The notes under the pieces are model-generated. The model made no database searches, was not told where the DNA came from, and saw nothing but the letters and a program-made list of their open reading frames with translations. From Camelus dromedarius (Eukaryota), in assembly GCF_036321535.1 (NCBI RefSeq), contig NC_087437.1:90584001-90648000 (forward strand): a stretch of DNA of 64,000 nt, read 5' to 3'. The translations under genes and the position numbers were made by a program. Positions within the stretch are counted from its first letter, which is position 1. Each line of letters opens with the position of its first letter. This document shows, in pieces, positions 27,096 to 40,307 of the stretch.

Positions 27096-28156
27096 AAATT
27101 TTTCTAAAGCTGCATTTTCTTGCCTTAAATATCAGTATTCCACAGAATTTAATAATTATGACTTACCAATCACTATGACTAAAACAGGAAACAGTACAGA
27201 AATGTTATTTTTTATTGTTAGCATTAACATTAAGAATGGCAATCAAAATTTGCTCTTGTAGAGTCACTTTCATTCATGTTTCTCAAAGAACTATAACATT
27301 CTAATTAATTTTACAGCACCCAAGAGAGACAGATAAGTATTATTATTCTGATTTTACAAATGAGGGAACCATAATATAGAAGCTGAATTCACATTTTTCC
27401 TCCATACCTCAATAGAGCTCTTAAGACACCACATAGCTATTGCAGGGTTTCAGCTCATGTATTGCTGTGTACCTCTGTGGCAGTTTTTTCATTACCCAAG
27501 ATAGACATTGTTTGGGAAATGATACAGAAGAAATCTTTATGAGGATTGGTTTTCTGAACAATATTATATAGTTGATGGGACTTACCCAACAAACTGTATA
27601 GTTAAAGTGGACTGGCCCATATTTATTTATGCTACTTCTATATAGATCTGAAGTCACATATACATTCGGTTCAGAGAAAATGAGATCACTTGCCCCAGGC
27701 CTCTTGCTTCTATAATTTGGAAGATCCAAATCAAATATTAACTACAATTTCTTCAACACAACAAAAACTAATCCAATAAAAGAAAAAACTAAACAAAACT
27801 TACTTCTTACAATAAACTGACAAATTAATCATTGCTGTATCTTAAAGAATGCTTTAGTGCTCAATTACTTTATAGTATAAAAAAGTAACCAATTCTATTA
27901 GTCAGTGAGTAGTCAGGGATTTAAAAACAAACCAAAAACACTCCAGGTGGTTCAATACAGGGGATAATATAGCAACTATAATAATGATGTTAGAATTTCT
28001 GAGACCAAACAAATGGGGAGGTGAGGCAAGCAAATTTTAGCAAAATGCAAGAAACCACTAAACCTAGCTCTGGAGAGATTGAAGAAGGAGGTGGTACAGG
28101 AACCTGGGTTGCCAGAGTTGAGGAATGGAGCAGACACAGTCACCACTCTCTAGTAA

Positions 28157-28292
28157 ACATTCAAATAGAATACAAATACCTTCATACTGTTTCTGAGATG
28201 TCAAAAGCAAATGCCTTTTCCCAGATCTCCTTGATACAAATCTTCCAATCTGGTTTCTCCAAGTCCCATACCAACTAAACAAATAATTAGTC
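28157..28292 (+). repeat. 136-bp direct repeat, copy 2
   Basis: Matches 26176-26311 at 132/136. Confidence 0.97.
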
Positions 28293-28459
28293 AATGCCCA
28301 TTAATCATTACCTTAGAATGTCTTTTGCCTACCATGCAGAATGAAGAACTAGTTTTATACTTCAAAGTTCAGCTCACTGGGAGTGTTCCCTATTAGGGAT
28401 ACACTGATTAGATCACTACAATCACTTTTTAACTGTTTTGCTTGCTTGTTTGTTTGTTT

Positions 28460-29570
28460 TTACCACCACATGACAGCCAGAGTGAAACCTTAGAACATAA
28501 GGCCTATCATGACTTAAAATTCCAAAGAAGGTTCCATTCACTCAAAAGAAAGCCAAATTCCTGACCTGGTCAAAAGACCATTTGCGAGCTGGGTCTGCCC
28601 TAATTCTGTGAAGCCTTCCAGCATTATGGAAGTTAAACAGACAAGAGGGATTTTATTCAAGACTATTGCAATAGGGGGAGAGAAACCGAACTTAATTCCA
28701 CTGAAACAGAGGGCTAGAGAGTTTTTAAAAGCTGAGTTAGCTGGTAGGTATAGGTCACCTGTGTTAGTTAATTCACCTTACCAAAGGAAAAATAAACCCT
28801 CACTTATTCTTCTGTTTTCATGGTAGTAGGTAGTTTTTTTTACAATTTGGAGCAATGTGCCCCCTAAATTAGGCTCCTACCCTTTCACAAAGACTGCGAG
28901 ATAGGAGTCCTATCTATTTCAATGTATATTTCAAAAAGATAGTTCCCATGTCCTTGAGAACAAAATTTCTTGGGTTGTAAAACTGGAAAGTCTGGGAGAA
29001 AATTTACATACATTTCAAGAAGTAGAGAAAGAATTTACAATTATAAGTTTTCTAAAGTAAATGCTTTAAGAAAAAGGAGGTCAGGAACCTAGAGTCATAA
29101 AGAAGCCTGTCCAAAGTTTAGTCAAGCTGGGGGAAATAAGATCTTCTTGGTCAGTACTTAATCTTCACATACTCTCAAGCCTCAAAAATTTTAGCTTCCT
29201 TCCTCAAACACAAAAAGTACATTTCTATTTTATCCTATGCTTATTTACTAGATGCTTTGTCTGGAATATTATTCTGCCAACTTATTACATGGATTATTCT
29301 CTTAATTTTTTTTTCTGATTTATGTTCACACGTCAGCTTAGAGAGGCCTTTCATGACTAAACTATTTTAAACATCAACCTTTCAAGCACTCTACTATATC
29401 CTGTACTGTGCTTCATTTTCCTTTCAAAAACTTAACAACTGATATATTATCTACAAGAACTTAGGTACTTAGCTTGAATTATTTTTTTCACATATCCTCA
29501 GAACCAAGCATATCACAGGTGCTCATGGTAGGTGCTGAATAAATTCTTATTGAATAAATGAATTAATAAA
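28460..29570 (+). mobile_element. L2 fragment split by a MER67-like LTR
   Basis: acagccagagtgaaaccttagaacataag on the left; gagaggcctttcatgac and ggtaggtgctgaataaattcttattgaataaatgaat on the right. Confidence 0.7.
28607..29153 (-). mobile_element. ERV1 LTR (MER67-like)
   Basis: Reverse complement begins tgaccaagaagatcttatttcccccagcttgactaaactttggacaggcttc, matching recalled MER67. Confidence 0.8.
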
Positions 29571-30006
29571 GCAGTTACTAATTTTATTTCAGTTCTCAGA
29601 TAAGGAAAGGGAGGCATAAACATTCTAAACTAAGTACTTTGAGCCATAGAGTCACTAAACGTCAGAGTTATTTATTAATTTGTACAATCTCTGCCTGACT
29701 CTAAACCTGAATGCTTAGTGACTGGTTAAAAATGGATTAAGAGGTGTAGTTTTTGAACAAATTCATTGTAATGCTTTCAATACATACAACCTAATGTGGT
29801 GAGTAGCCATTCAGCTTGAGTGTGATTTTTGGGTCATCTGAACAAGTTATCCATAGAATCTACCACTATGTCTGGTCCCAAATAAAAACTATGTAAATAG
29901 TCATTAAATGAATAAGTAAATCAATGATTGGAGTTATATAGTCTGGATTCTTGTCAGTGCTTATGTAAACTGAGATATTTGGCTAATGCTTCTGCTACAT
30001 GGTTTC

Positions 30007-30480
30007 TATAGTAGCGATGGCTTGCTAGCCACCAAAATTCATAATCTCCCTTACATGTATAGAGAGTTGCTGTAGAGAAATAGCTACCTAACCACAGACA
30101 ATAGTTCCCATTCTGTTTGCAACAGGGCAAATGTGGTTGTAAGTGATACACACACACACACACACACACACATACATACATACATACATAATCATATTGC
30201 CATATATATCTGGATATATATATCAGTTCAGGACTGAGGTTTAAAGAAGCAGTTGTGTCTTCTCCCCATTTCCTTTACCTTTCTACTGGGTGAATTTAGA
30301 GATCTCCGAGGCCCTAAGGAAGGGTACAGCCAAAAAATGAAAACCTGAATTATCATGTGGAAGAAAGTCACTCACTCACCAGCAATACCTGAACAATTAT
30401 TTGAGTGTAAAATAACATTCCATGGTATACAGCTCCTAAAACAATTTATTTATTGTAACACCTAGCAATAGCCTAAATAT
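30007..30480 (+). mobile_element. MLT1J-like LTR containing a (CA)n(TACA)n microsatellite at ~30147-30190
   Basis: cctgaattatcatgtggaagaaag and tgagtgtaaaataacattccat match old MLT1. Confidence 0.65.
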
Positions 30481-32889
30481 TTATAATCACCATTATTTAC
30501 TCCAAATATAAAATTCCATTTCCTATATTTTACATCAAATAAGTAAATACATTTAAACATAATTTCCAAGATATAAGACAGATAAAGTAGTAATGTACTA
30601 ATTATTTTCAGTTCTCAGTGCCACAGCCCTAATTCCAGTCCTAATTAGCTAACATTTTAAGTGACCATACAGTTTCCAAGTGGTCTTCCTTATTCAACTT
30701 TTTTCCTCCTTCAAAAGACCCTCATCAATATTGTTTCATAGTTATTTTTCAATCATGTATTGATCATTTTAAATGGATGAGAAATACCTAAGACTGGCTT
30801 TCAATTCTTTCCAAACATGAACTATCTAGAGTTGATCTTCTAGCGCTCTACAATGAAAATCTTCTACTTTAACCAGATCTTTCATCCACACCTCTTAAAG
30901 TCAGCTATGCTCACTCAAGTCCCTGTAACTTTACCATTCTCTTCACTGAGTTTCTTTTCATTGCTACTACCAATATTTTAAGATCTACACAGTATCATAT
31001 TTTCTTTGAAGACTCCACCACACATTCCGTCTAATGTTGATTTAATCTATTTATACTTTGCATCTTAATATTTTATGTAAGGAATGCAAAATGCTTAATT
31101 TTCATCCTACCATTTTGACTTAATCCTGCTTCTATCATTATGAGAGTCTTTCCCAATGATGTTATAAAAACAGATTCTGAATACAAAAGAGGGGTTCAGG
31201 CTGAAATCATCAATTAGTCAGACTGGCATGAAAATTGAGATCCATTTGCCCATCTATATTTTGAACTGTAAGTTTATATAATTTAATTCTATTAAAATGT
31301 CTTTCTTATGTATATATAATATTCTCCTATACTATAATATATTTGAAAAGGGGTTCCTATAATTGTGCTAAACACAGAGTTTTTTTTGATTAATGATGGT
31401 CACTATTTTAAAAAATGCCCTCAATATCTGAAAAAAAGCCAAAAATAGAACCTAAGATTTCAAATATTCAAATGCATCTCTAACAGTATTATGTCTGATG
31501 GTTATGGTGATAAAGAAACAAACCAGTCTGGTAGTATGGTTATTTTAAATGCTCTCTATTCTGCTGTGCAGCAGTAAAAATATAGAACATTTAAAGTTTA
31601 TATTTAGAGAAAATATATTTGTCAAAAAATTCAGTTAAAGTGTCACAGTGTAGAAAATATGTTCCTTTTATTTTGGTTCAATTTAGTACAAAATTATTAG
31701 AATAGTAATCAGAGCAGAGGAAAATTATGGGACCAGGGCAATATTGATTGATTGATTGACTGACTGATTGGTCTATTTATCTAGCTATTTAGCTACTTTA
31801 GAAAGCAAGGTAGGTGATCTCTAAATAAATTAAAGCAAAAATCAAGCATTATCATGCTTAAAAATGCTAATGGCAACAATAATGTTAAATAAAAATATTT
31901 TTCTCGTAAATATAAAAAGAAGTAAATAACAAAAGAAGTGATTTTCAAGCATTTGGGACATTTTTTCATATATGTACATACAATATAAAGGTTAATACAA
32001 AGTTATATACTTCCTATCAATGGCATCATGACAAGGCAGCATTTCTTTCTACAAAATAGTCTTCAGTAACCAGAAAAAATAATTATTTGCCTATGATTTC
32101 TTTCTTAAACTTCTTAAAATTTATTTGGTGGAGCAAGTGTAGCAACATTTCATAGAGGAGTTTAAAATTATGGATAACCAACGTGTATATGACAACAACT
32201 AAGCAATACAAAATTATTCATTATTATAGAAGTAATATATAAATTCAAGTCTACTGCCTTCTACATTTTCCCAATATTTAAAATGTTGTTAAAAAACATT
32301 ACAAGCATTTTACATTCAAATAGAAAGCTAAATAAGTAAGTTAGTTTACTAGGACAGTTCGAAATTTTTTGGTGTAACTTTTCAAATTTGGAATTAAACA
32401 AATAACTAGCTTCCATGATTTAAATAAAAAGCTATTCAGTGGTTGAGATATTTTTTTCTTCTAAACATTTGCAGAAATGCCAACAGCAGATAAACAAAGG
32501 TATAAATACAGTTTATTTAGTGTTTATCGTCTCAGTCAAGTTCAAGTGTTCTGTCAATTAGAAGTTAAGCTAATTCAAGACATCTGCATAATGTGTTCTT
32601 ATCAGTGCTGTAAGAGGAATCAGGGTTGATAAATAGATTCAGGAATATAGTGGTAGGATAAAAATGAGTTATGCTACCAGGTGGCATGCAGAATGCTGGG
32701 TTTAAATTTGGAAATTCCAGAAGTGTTTTAGTTCTGCAGGTGACTATTATAAAACTTTTGGCATTAGAAGAGTCATTTGCAATAACAAGGCCTGAATCAG
32801 GCCTGTAACTTGAAATAAAGACATTATCTATAGTGAAAATGCTCATCTCTTTCTCACTGGCCTCCTTCAGACCCTCTCATTCACAGAGC

Positions 32890-33240
32890 TGTTGATTGGG
32901 AGGGGTAGGGTAAATCCTATAAAATGTAACTAAGTCTTTCCAAGAAGCTTGGAGATTCCCATTGCTTGCAAGTTGTTCTAGTTCCTAGATTGTCTGGCTC
33001 TGGCAGACAGCCAGAGCAGCTGGTTGAGGAAGCTGTAGCATCGCCACTTCCTCATCTGCTGCCGTTGTAGAGAACACACCTGGGCTATATATCTGGTCCT
33101 TGTGGGACTCTTTCTTGCTCAAGCACATGGGCAACCACAAACCAGTCAATCTTAGCCTCTATTTCAAGGGCACAATGCTTTTTAGGACTTTGAAGAATTA
33201 ATACTTCTCTGAAAATACTTTGTGCTGAGGAAGTACCTCA
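32890..33240. promoter_or_regulatory. Candidate enhancer/promoter motif cluster
   Basis: ATTGG 32895, TATAAAA 32918, TTCnnnGAA 32938 and 33205, GGAGATTCCC 32951, ETS GAGGAAG sites 33026/33045(-)/33227, E-boxes, RUNX AACCACA 33133. Motif inspection only. Confidence 0.3.
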
Positions 33241-34554
33241 TTAAATCATGAGTGCTGAGCATAATTATGAGATGATCCACTTGGAAAGATGAAACCATTA
33301 TACACATAGCTAGGAATAGGATTTATAGAGGGTAATACCTATTAGAGCACGCCTTAAGTGAGATTATGGGCATTCATCTGGAGGAATAAAGATCAGCACA
33401 CCCTATTGACTTTTGCTCTCTGAATTTCATTAATTCTGAGGTCAGCAGCTACGCTATCTGGATACCCCTATCATGTTTTTGTGTCATGGTTAAATCCCAG
33501 ACAGTCAAGGAAAAGCTAATCTGAGACCAGCGTAGTTATTACCCTTGCTTTCACCAGCCCTACTGTACTGGCCCAGAAAGCTTTTCTCCTAAAAAAAATT
33601 AAAATAAAATATAAAACTTCAAGGTTGTCCCTGAAAGCAGGAATGGAGTATGTGATTCATTCTGTTAGCTCTCATAATCCTTGTATCTTCTACCTTCACA
33701 GAAGTTACATTTTATATCTTTATATCTATTAAATTTTATATCTTGTTTAGGGTAACATTCTGTGACTTGCTTTTTTTTTTTTCAGTCGACATTCTGCTTA
33801 AAAGTCTATGTTTGTTTATATAGAGTCTAGTTCACTCCTTTTAAATTGTCTGTGGTATTCCACTGCATAAATAAACCCCAATTTATATATATATTTCACT
33901 ATGGATGGAGACATTTGGATTAGTTCCAATTTTTCACTCTTGCAAACAATATTTCCAGGTTCATTCCTGTGCATGTTTTCTTCTCTATAGGTGAGAGAAT
34001 TTCAGTAGGGTATACAGTGAAAGTGCAATGGCTATGTCACAGAATACGCATGTGTTCAATTATCCTAGGAAGACTGAGACGTCTATCCTATGTGGTGTTA
34101 CCAATATACTCTTCAACAAAAGGGGTATGAGAGTTTTCTTTTTCCAACATGCTACAAATACCCGATATTGCCAGATTCATTTTTATTTTGCTAATCACCT
34201 GAGTATGAAAAGAACCTCATTTTTCAAAATTTGCATTTCCTTACAGAAATACAAAATGATTGAGAATCTTTTCATATGTCTATTGGCCACTGTATTTCCT
34301 TGTTTAGTAATTCCTCTTTATACTCTTTGCACATATTCCCTTTTCAGCTATTTGTCTTTTATTGCTGACTTGTAGTAGTCATTTATATTTTCTCAGTACT
34401 TTTTATTTATTATAAACGTTGAAAATATCTCCTTCTAGTCTATGGCTAATACTTTAATTTTATTTAAAGTGTATTTGTTATACAGATGATTTTATGTAAT
34501 ATAATCATGTCAATCAACCTTTTAAGTTTTTCTTTGTGTTTTTGTATTTTACAC

Positions 34555-35332
34555 AGTACTAGGGAAAGAACTGTGTCCCCACAGAACTCATTGTTGAAGT
34601 CCTAACCCTAATTATATTTACAGAGAGAATTTAGGAGATAATTAAGTTTAAATGCACTCAGAAGAGTGGTGTATTTGTCTGCTCAGGCTGTCATAACAAA
34701 ATGCCACAGACTGGGTAGCTTAAAACAACATAAATGTATTTCTTAGAGTTATAGAGCCTGGGAAGTCCAAAATCAAGGTGCTGGCAAGGCAGATTTCACC
34801 CTGAGGCCTCTTCTTTTGTCTTATGGTGGCCTCCATCTTATTGTGTGTGTGCTCATATGGCTTCTTGTGTGCACGCAGAGAGAAATTGGGCTATCTCCTG
34901 TCTTTTCCTTTAAGGACATTAATCCTATCAGATCAGGATCTCACTCCTATTACCTTATTTAACCTTAATTACCTCCTTAAAGGCCCTATCTCCAAATATA
35001 GTCCACACGGGAGTTGGAGTTTCAACATACCAATCTGGGGGGGACCCAAACATTCAGTTCATGACAGGTGACACCCTAATCTGGTAGGACTGGCGGCCTT
35101 ATAAAAAGATAGGGGATCTCTTTTTACTCCTCCCAAAATAGTGTTAGGAGGAAAGGCCATGTGAGGACAAAGTGGTCATCTGCAATCCAGGAAGAGAGCT
35201 CTCAATAGAAATCCAATCTGCTAGAAATTTGATTTTGGACTTTTAGCCTTCAGAACTGTGAGAAAATAAATTTGTTGTTTAAATCACCCAGTCTATGGTA
35301 TTTTGTTATGGTAGCCCAAGCTGACTAACACA
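34555..35332 (+). mobile_element. MLT1A/B-like LTR (outer, split)
   Basis: gaactgtgtcccc..ttgaagtcctaaccc, resumes accctaatctggtaggactgg, ends tatggtattttgttatggtagcccaagctgactaacaca. Confidence 0.85.
34670..35066 (-). mobile_element. MLT1A-like LTR nested antisense in the outer MLT1
   Basis: tgtatttgtctgctcaggctgtcataacaaaatgccacagactgggtagctt ... cattcagttcatgaca; flanks agtgg/ggtga. Confidence 0.85.
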
Positions 35333-36533
35333 TATCGTAAATCCTTCCTTTTACCAAACTCCTAAGAGATATTTGTTTTATTGCTTTTAATATCTATAAA
35401 ATCTTGCTTTTCACATGTAGGACATTTGGCCAATAATTTATATATATACATATATAAAATTGTCTCAAAGATATTTATTAACTAGATGACCATATCATCA
35501 CTGATTTGTAATGTTTCATCCATTTCATATCATGATATCATGATATATAAGACAGGGTCTATTCCTAGTACATATTTTGGATCATGGATCATCTATCCAT
35601 GTATCAATGCCTTAAATGCTACCCTAGTAATTTTAAGTCTTAATATCTTGTAGGGCAAGAACCCCCCAATTTTTTGTTATTTTTGATCTTTATGTGTTTG
35701 GTCATTTTTAGATTTTTGAAAGATTATTGCTTCTCTGACTTTGATGTGCATGTAAACCATTGGTGGTCTGGATGATTCCATTAGGTCTAGGATAGGGCCT
35801 ATGACTTTACATTTTCTCTAAAGCTTGTCAATTTTCATGGTGAGCAGGAGAATATCTGAAATAGTCTGTCAAATATCAATTTTTAAATAATTGAAAAAGG
35901 CGAAATGATTCATAAAATAATTTGGTAAAAATTAATTTTGTTTAAAAATATTTTTGAGTCCTCCCATAAAGGAATGTGGTACTTTTTTTTTTCAGATTTT
36001 TTTTTGTATCCTTCAATAATGTGTTTTAACTTTCTTCATAAAGGGACATCCTTTGTTAAGAGTTTTACCCAGATACTATATACTTTACATGGCCTTTGAA
36101 AATTATATTCTTTTCCCTTATTCTAATACTTAAATAGAAAAACTGGTAGAATATATAAATGCTACTTATTTTTGTATGCTGATCTCACATGTATAAATCC
36201 CAGTGAACTCTCTCATTATTTCTAGTATTGAGATAGATGAAACTTTCTTTCCTTGCAATAAGCTGGCTTGCATTTTTTTATTAGAGTTATGCTGACCATA
36301 TAGAGTGATTATCTTCTTCTATTTTCTACAAATTGGGGGTTATCTGTTTTTGACAAATTGGTAAAACTTGTCTAGATCTCGCATCTTACCTGTCCCTATC
36401 CCCTTTGAGTAGGAATGGGATCGTCAGAAAGTTTTGATGTTGATATTTAAGTTTAAAGATGATAGAATTAGTCATTTCTGTTTTTCCTTAATTTAGATGT
36501 GTTTGTATATATATATATTTTTTTTTGGTAGAA

Positions 36534-37022
36534 CAACTTGTCTCAAAGTGTGCTCCAGGAACGCCTGTGATTCCTGCAGAAACTTTTGAGAGGTCTGTGA
36601 GGTAAAAAAATATTTTCATAATTACATAGCACTAAAGTATTATTTATTTTTTTTCATTCTTTATATTTCACGAGTGTACAGTGGAGTTTTTCAAGGTTTC
36701 AGAGATGAAGCTGTGATAGTTTAGCAAACTTACTGTGATAGTAAACCCAATTTTAAAGATACATGGACAGTATTCTTATTACTTTTTTGTTTGTTTTAGA
36801 AAAGTATAGCTACTTTTTCATAAAATATGTCTATATTTATAAGCATGTAATGTGTATGTATTACTGGTATATTATAAAATAAATTTATACATAGATGTTT
36901 TAAAATTTTTGTTTTCATTTTAAAACTATAAATTTTGATAGAAATAGCCTGCACAATAAAAGTTCTTTGGGATCCTCAATAATTTTAAGAGTGCAGAATT
37001 CCTAAAATTTTGAAAACTGCTA
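36534..37022 (+). mobile_element. hAT Charlie1-derived non-autonomous transposon (Charlie1b-like)
   Basis: Both termini (ctcaaagtgtgctcc; ctttgggatcctcaataattttaagagtg..ttttgaaaactgcta), cacgagtgtacagtggagtttt, 8-bp flanks tggtagaa/ttgttgaa (6/8). Confidence 0.8.
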
Positions 37023-37731
37023 TTGTTGAAAATTATTTATTTTGTCTGCAATTTAAAGTTAACTAACATAAAAGTATTCATTATTTACTTATCTTTCTGA
37101 ATGTCCTTTTTTTTACTGGGTTTGATTTGAGAAGTTTATTTTATTAGATTTTTCAAATAATCATCTTTTAGTTTTATTGCTCTCTCTTTTGGTAGTTGTC
37201 TGTTTTACTAATACATGCTTTTTGATTCATTTTCTTTTTCTTTATGTTTCTTTTTGGTTTACTTTTGTGTTAATCTAGCTTCATGAGTACCGATTAAATC
37301 ATCCATCTTTTCTCTTTCTTTTAAAGAAATTCCGTACAATTTGGTAAGCCAAATTGGTTTTTAACTATCATTTCTACACAATTCCAAAGAGCTACAAGTA
37401 CTGAGAGAAGAGTTTTGTGTTGCAATAATTTCCATAATTTCATTTGCCATTGTCAATTTGATTTTATTGATGAAAGACATTCCATTACAACTGGTGACAG
37501 TAGAGGGATTAGAAATAAATTTTAAAGAAATCTTCAGGAAAATGAGACGAGTCAAGTTATAACCTCACCAGAAAATAAAATATTTTATTGTTTATGTCAT
37601 GATACTTTTCCTAATGAAATCAGCATTGTCATTAGCTTTTCTATTCATCAAATTCATTACAGGCAACCAGAAACGTACTAGCAGCTTGCTACATATCTTC
37701 AGAGAAGAATCACTTTTAGTTTGAAATCTTC

Positions 37732-38311
37732 TGTAGTAGACAAACTTCAAAAAGGGCCTACAGTGACCTCCAACTCCTAAATTTTAAGCCATTTTGTAAA
37801 TTTCATCCTCTTGAATATGTCTTGGGTCTACTGAACTACTTCTAATCATTATAATATAAGAAAGTTAATGAAATGTCACTTTTGTGATTTTTCAATGATT
37901 ATTACAAAAAAGATAGAAGACTTCTATCTTGCTAGCTGACTTTCTTGCTGGCTTTGGTTGAGAAAGTTGCTGTGTTGGAGAAGCCCCTGTGGTAATGTAC
38001 TGAGGGCAGTCTTTGACAGGAGCTAGCAGGGAACTGAGATCCTCCATTTAATAACATCCCTTGAAGAACTAAGCCTTCCCAATAATCACTTAAGTGAGGC
38101 TGGATGTAGATCTGTCCCCACAGGCCTTGAGATGACTCCCTAGTCCTGGGCAGAAGTTTCACTGCAGCCTTTTGAGAGACCCTGAGTTAGAAGACTCTGC
38201 TGAGGAGTATTCAGATTTCTGATTCACAGAACCTATGAAATGAAATGACTGTGTTGCTTTTAGCTACTGAATTTTAGGGTAATTTGTTATATATCAATAG
38301 ATAAGGAAAAT
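37732..38311 (+). mobile_element. MLT1E/F-like LTR
   Basis: tgtagtagac start, gccttgagatgact, terminal ttttagggtaatttgttatatatcaatagataa. Confidence 0.8.
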
Positions 38312-40182
38312 AACTTCTATGACTTTTAACTGAAGTATTACATTGTTTCCTTATGAGTGCTACAGCCTTTGCCATATTATATTATCTCCCCAGAACACTC
38401 AAGTTGAAATCCTAGAGGGCAAAGATCAACATTCTAAAAGCACATTCCTAAATCTAGCAGAATCTTTATTTTAACTTGGCTCCATTCTCCTTTCTTTTTG
38501 GGACAAGAGTTACACACAAATGTGTCTAGGTTCTATGTGTAAATATCATGCTAACGATGAGAATGGGACAAAAAGTGAATGCCTTATGATGCCATATTTT
38601 CTTCCAAAAATTCATAATATGGAGAATGTAATAAACATGAGTTTTATGTAGTTACTTGACTTGTTTATTTCTGTTTTTGTGGTATTTGAGAAATTTTTGC
38701 TTCAATTTTTCTTTATCAGCTTTATCCTGGTTATTTTTCTGTGTCATTACTTCCTGGGAATGTTTCAAGCCACAAAGGGAAAAAAAACTTTTAAAATGTC
38801 TAAAAAGTAGTTTCCACCAAGATTTCCACTTTATACATTATTTAAGCATTTCTCTTCTGGCTTCAATTAGCTGATTGTGCCCTTTAAAATCATAGTTTTA
38901 GAAATGATGGTCCTGTATCTAACAATTTGTGATTAATTTTTCTCCACGACAGAAACTGAAGCCTGAAACTACTCCCTGTGGTTCCCTTTATTCATTACTC
39001 AATGCTTCTGTCAGTGAATGGTACACAGAATCGAAATTTTTCTAAGCTAACTTAACCTGACTCAGCAGGGCCTGGGGAATCTAGCCAAGAGGGATAAAAG
39101 GGATAAAGCAATAGACGTCATACGCCTATGGGCAAACACCTGCATGAATATCTTTTCTTAACTGACTTTTTGTCTGGTCCAGTTAAAACACTGAAATTCA
39201 TTTGCATGTGAAATCACAATCTAAGAAGCAAAGAGCAGGAAGACCTACTCTTATTTGATTTTAAATCAATAATACAGGTAAGCCCTCTGGGCTAGAAAAA
39301 AATGTAAGACGCACTAAGGAGACGCCAGCTGCAAGTTACAATTTACTTTTTTTTTTTCCTTTTTGGTGTGAGGGGCACATGTATTTGGAACTTAGGGGAA
39401 GATCTTGCAGACGTTGTTTCACTAGTTTCCCTAATATGATTTGAATTCATTAGTAAATCTACATATTTATTTTGTCTTTAGTACAAAATTAGGGGATCAT
39501 ATGATTCCAGGTTGTTTGCCCAAATAGCAACTCCGCATAAGCCTTAAACCTTGTCTCTCTTGTTTTTCTCCTTTTAATGCCTTCTATCTTCAATTTATGC
39601 TTTCTGCCACAGGTGGCGGCAGAGTCTCATGGGTCCAGGATAGTGAGCACACTGATGTGAGATCCAAATTGATCAACTCAGCTCAAACGTTTTTAAAATC
39701 AATTTTTATTTAATTCAACTTTTAAATTAGGTTTTCTAATCATGAAAATAATACAGAATATTGTATAAATATCAATATAGAGTAGCAAATAGTGATAAGT
39801 AGAAGTTGCTTCACTGTGGCACTAATAACTTCACAAGATAATTCACAGGATATAAATGTTTAAATTATTTTCTTAGTATTTCCAGATAATACCTATGTAT
39901 ATATCAGAATGTTTCAAAAATAATAGAAGTTTTATTGGGACATTGTTGTGCAACTTGATTTTTAAAATTAACAGCATATCCTTCTATATTCTTTCAATTA
40001 TGTTTTAAACGGTTATTTCTTATCACATAGCTGTCCATTATGTATGTAACCAATTCTTTGTTCTTTTAATTTTCTTTTTTTTCCCCATCTTTCTTAATTG
40101 TTTTGCTTTTTTTTTTTTTTTTTTTACTATTTAAAGGAATATGCAATGAGTATCACTTCACATATATCTTTGTGTCCATGTT

Positions 40183-40307
40183 TCAATTTATAGGTAGAAT
40201 AAATCCTCAAAAGTAGAAATGCTATTTCTTATGGTATGTGCTTTTAAAGTTTTCATAAGAGGAAGAGGTTGAATTTAAACTTTAACCAATATGTTTCAGA
40301 ATGCTTA
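40183..40307 (+). repeat. Inverted repeat, left arm (125 bp)
   Basis: Reverse complement of 41196-41324 with one substitution and one 4-bp indel. Confidence 0.97.

Larger units (their letters stand above)
33730..37300 (-). mobile_element. Ancient L1M fragments hosting nested MLT1 and Charlie insertions
   Basis: gatggagacatttggattagttccaattttt, gattgagaatcttttcatatgtctattggccac, ctacttatttttgtatgctgatct. Confidence 0.7.

Noticed and set aside
26176..28292. Direct repeats as LTRs of a small retroelement
   Set aside because: No TG...CA ends, PBS, PPT or TSD; the interior is a mix of unrelated older repeats.
26098..28294. Two ORFs sharing NYLFSW..TWRNQIGRFVSRRSGKRHL as paralogous genes
   Set aside because: The similarity is fully explained by the 136-bp DNA duplication; flanks are unrelated.
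39604..39622. CTCF-like gccacaggtggcggc
   Set aside because: The 5' half of the core mismatches at several positions.
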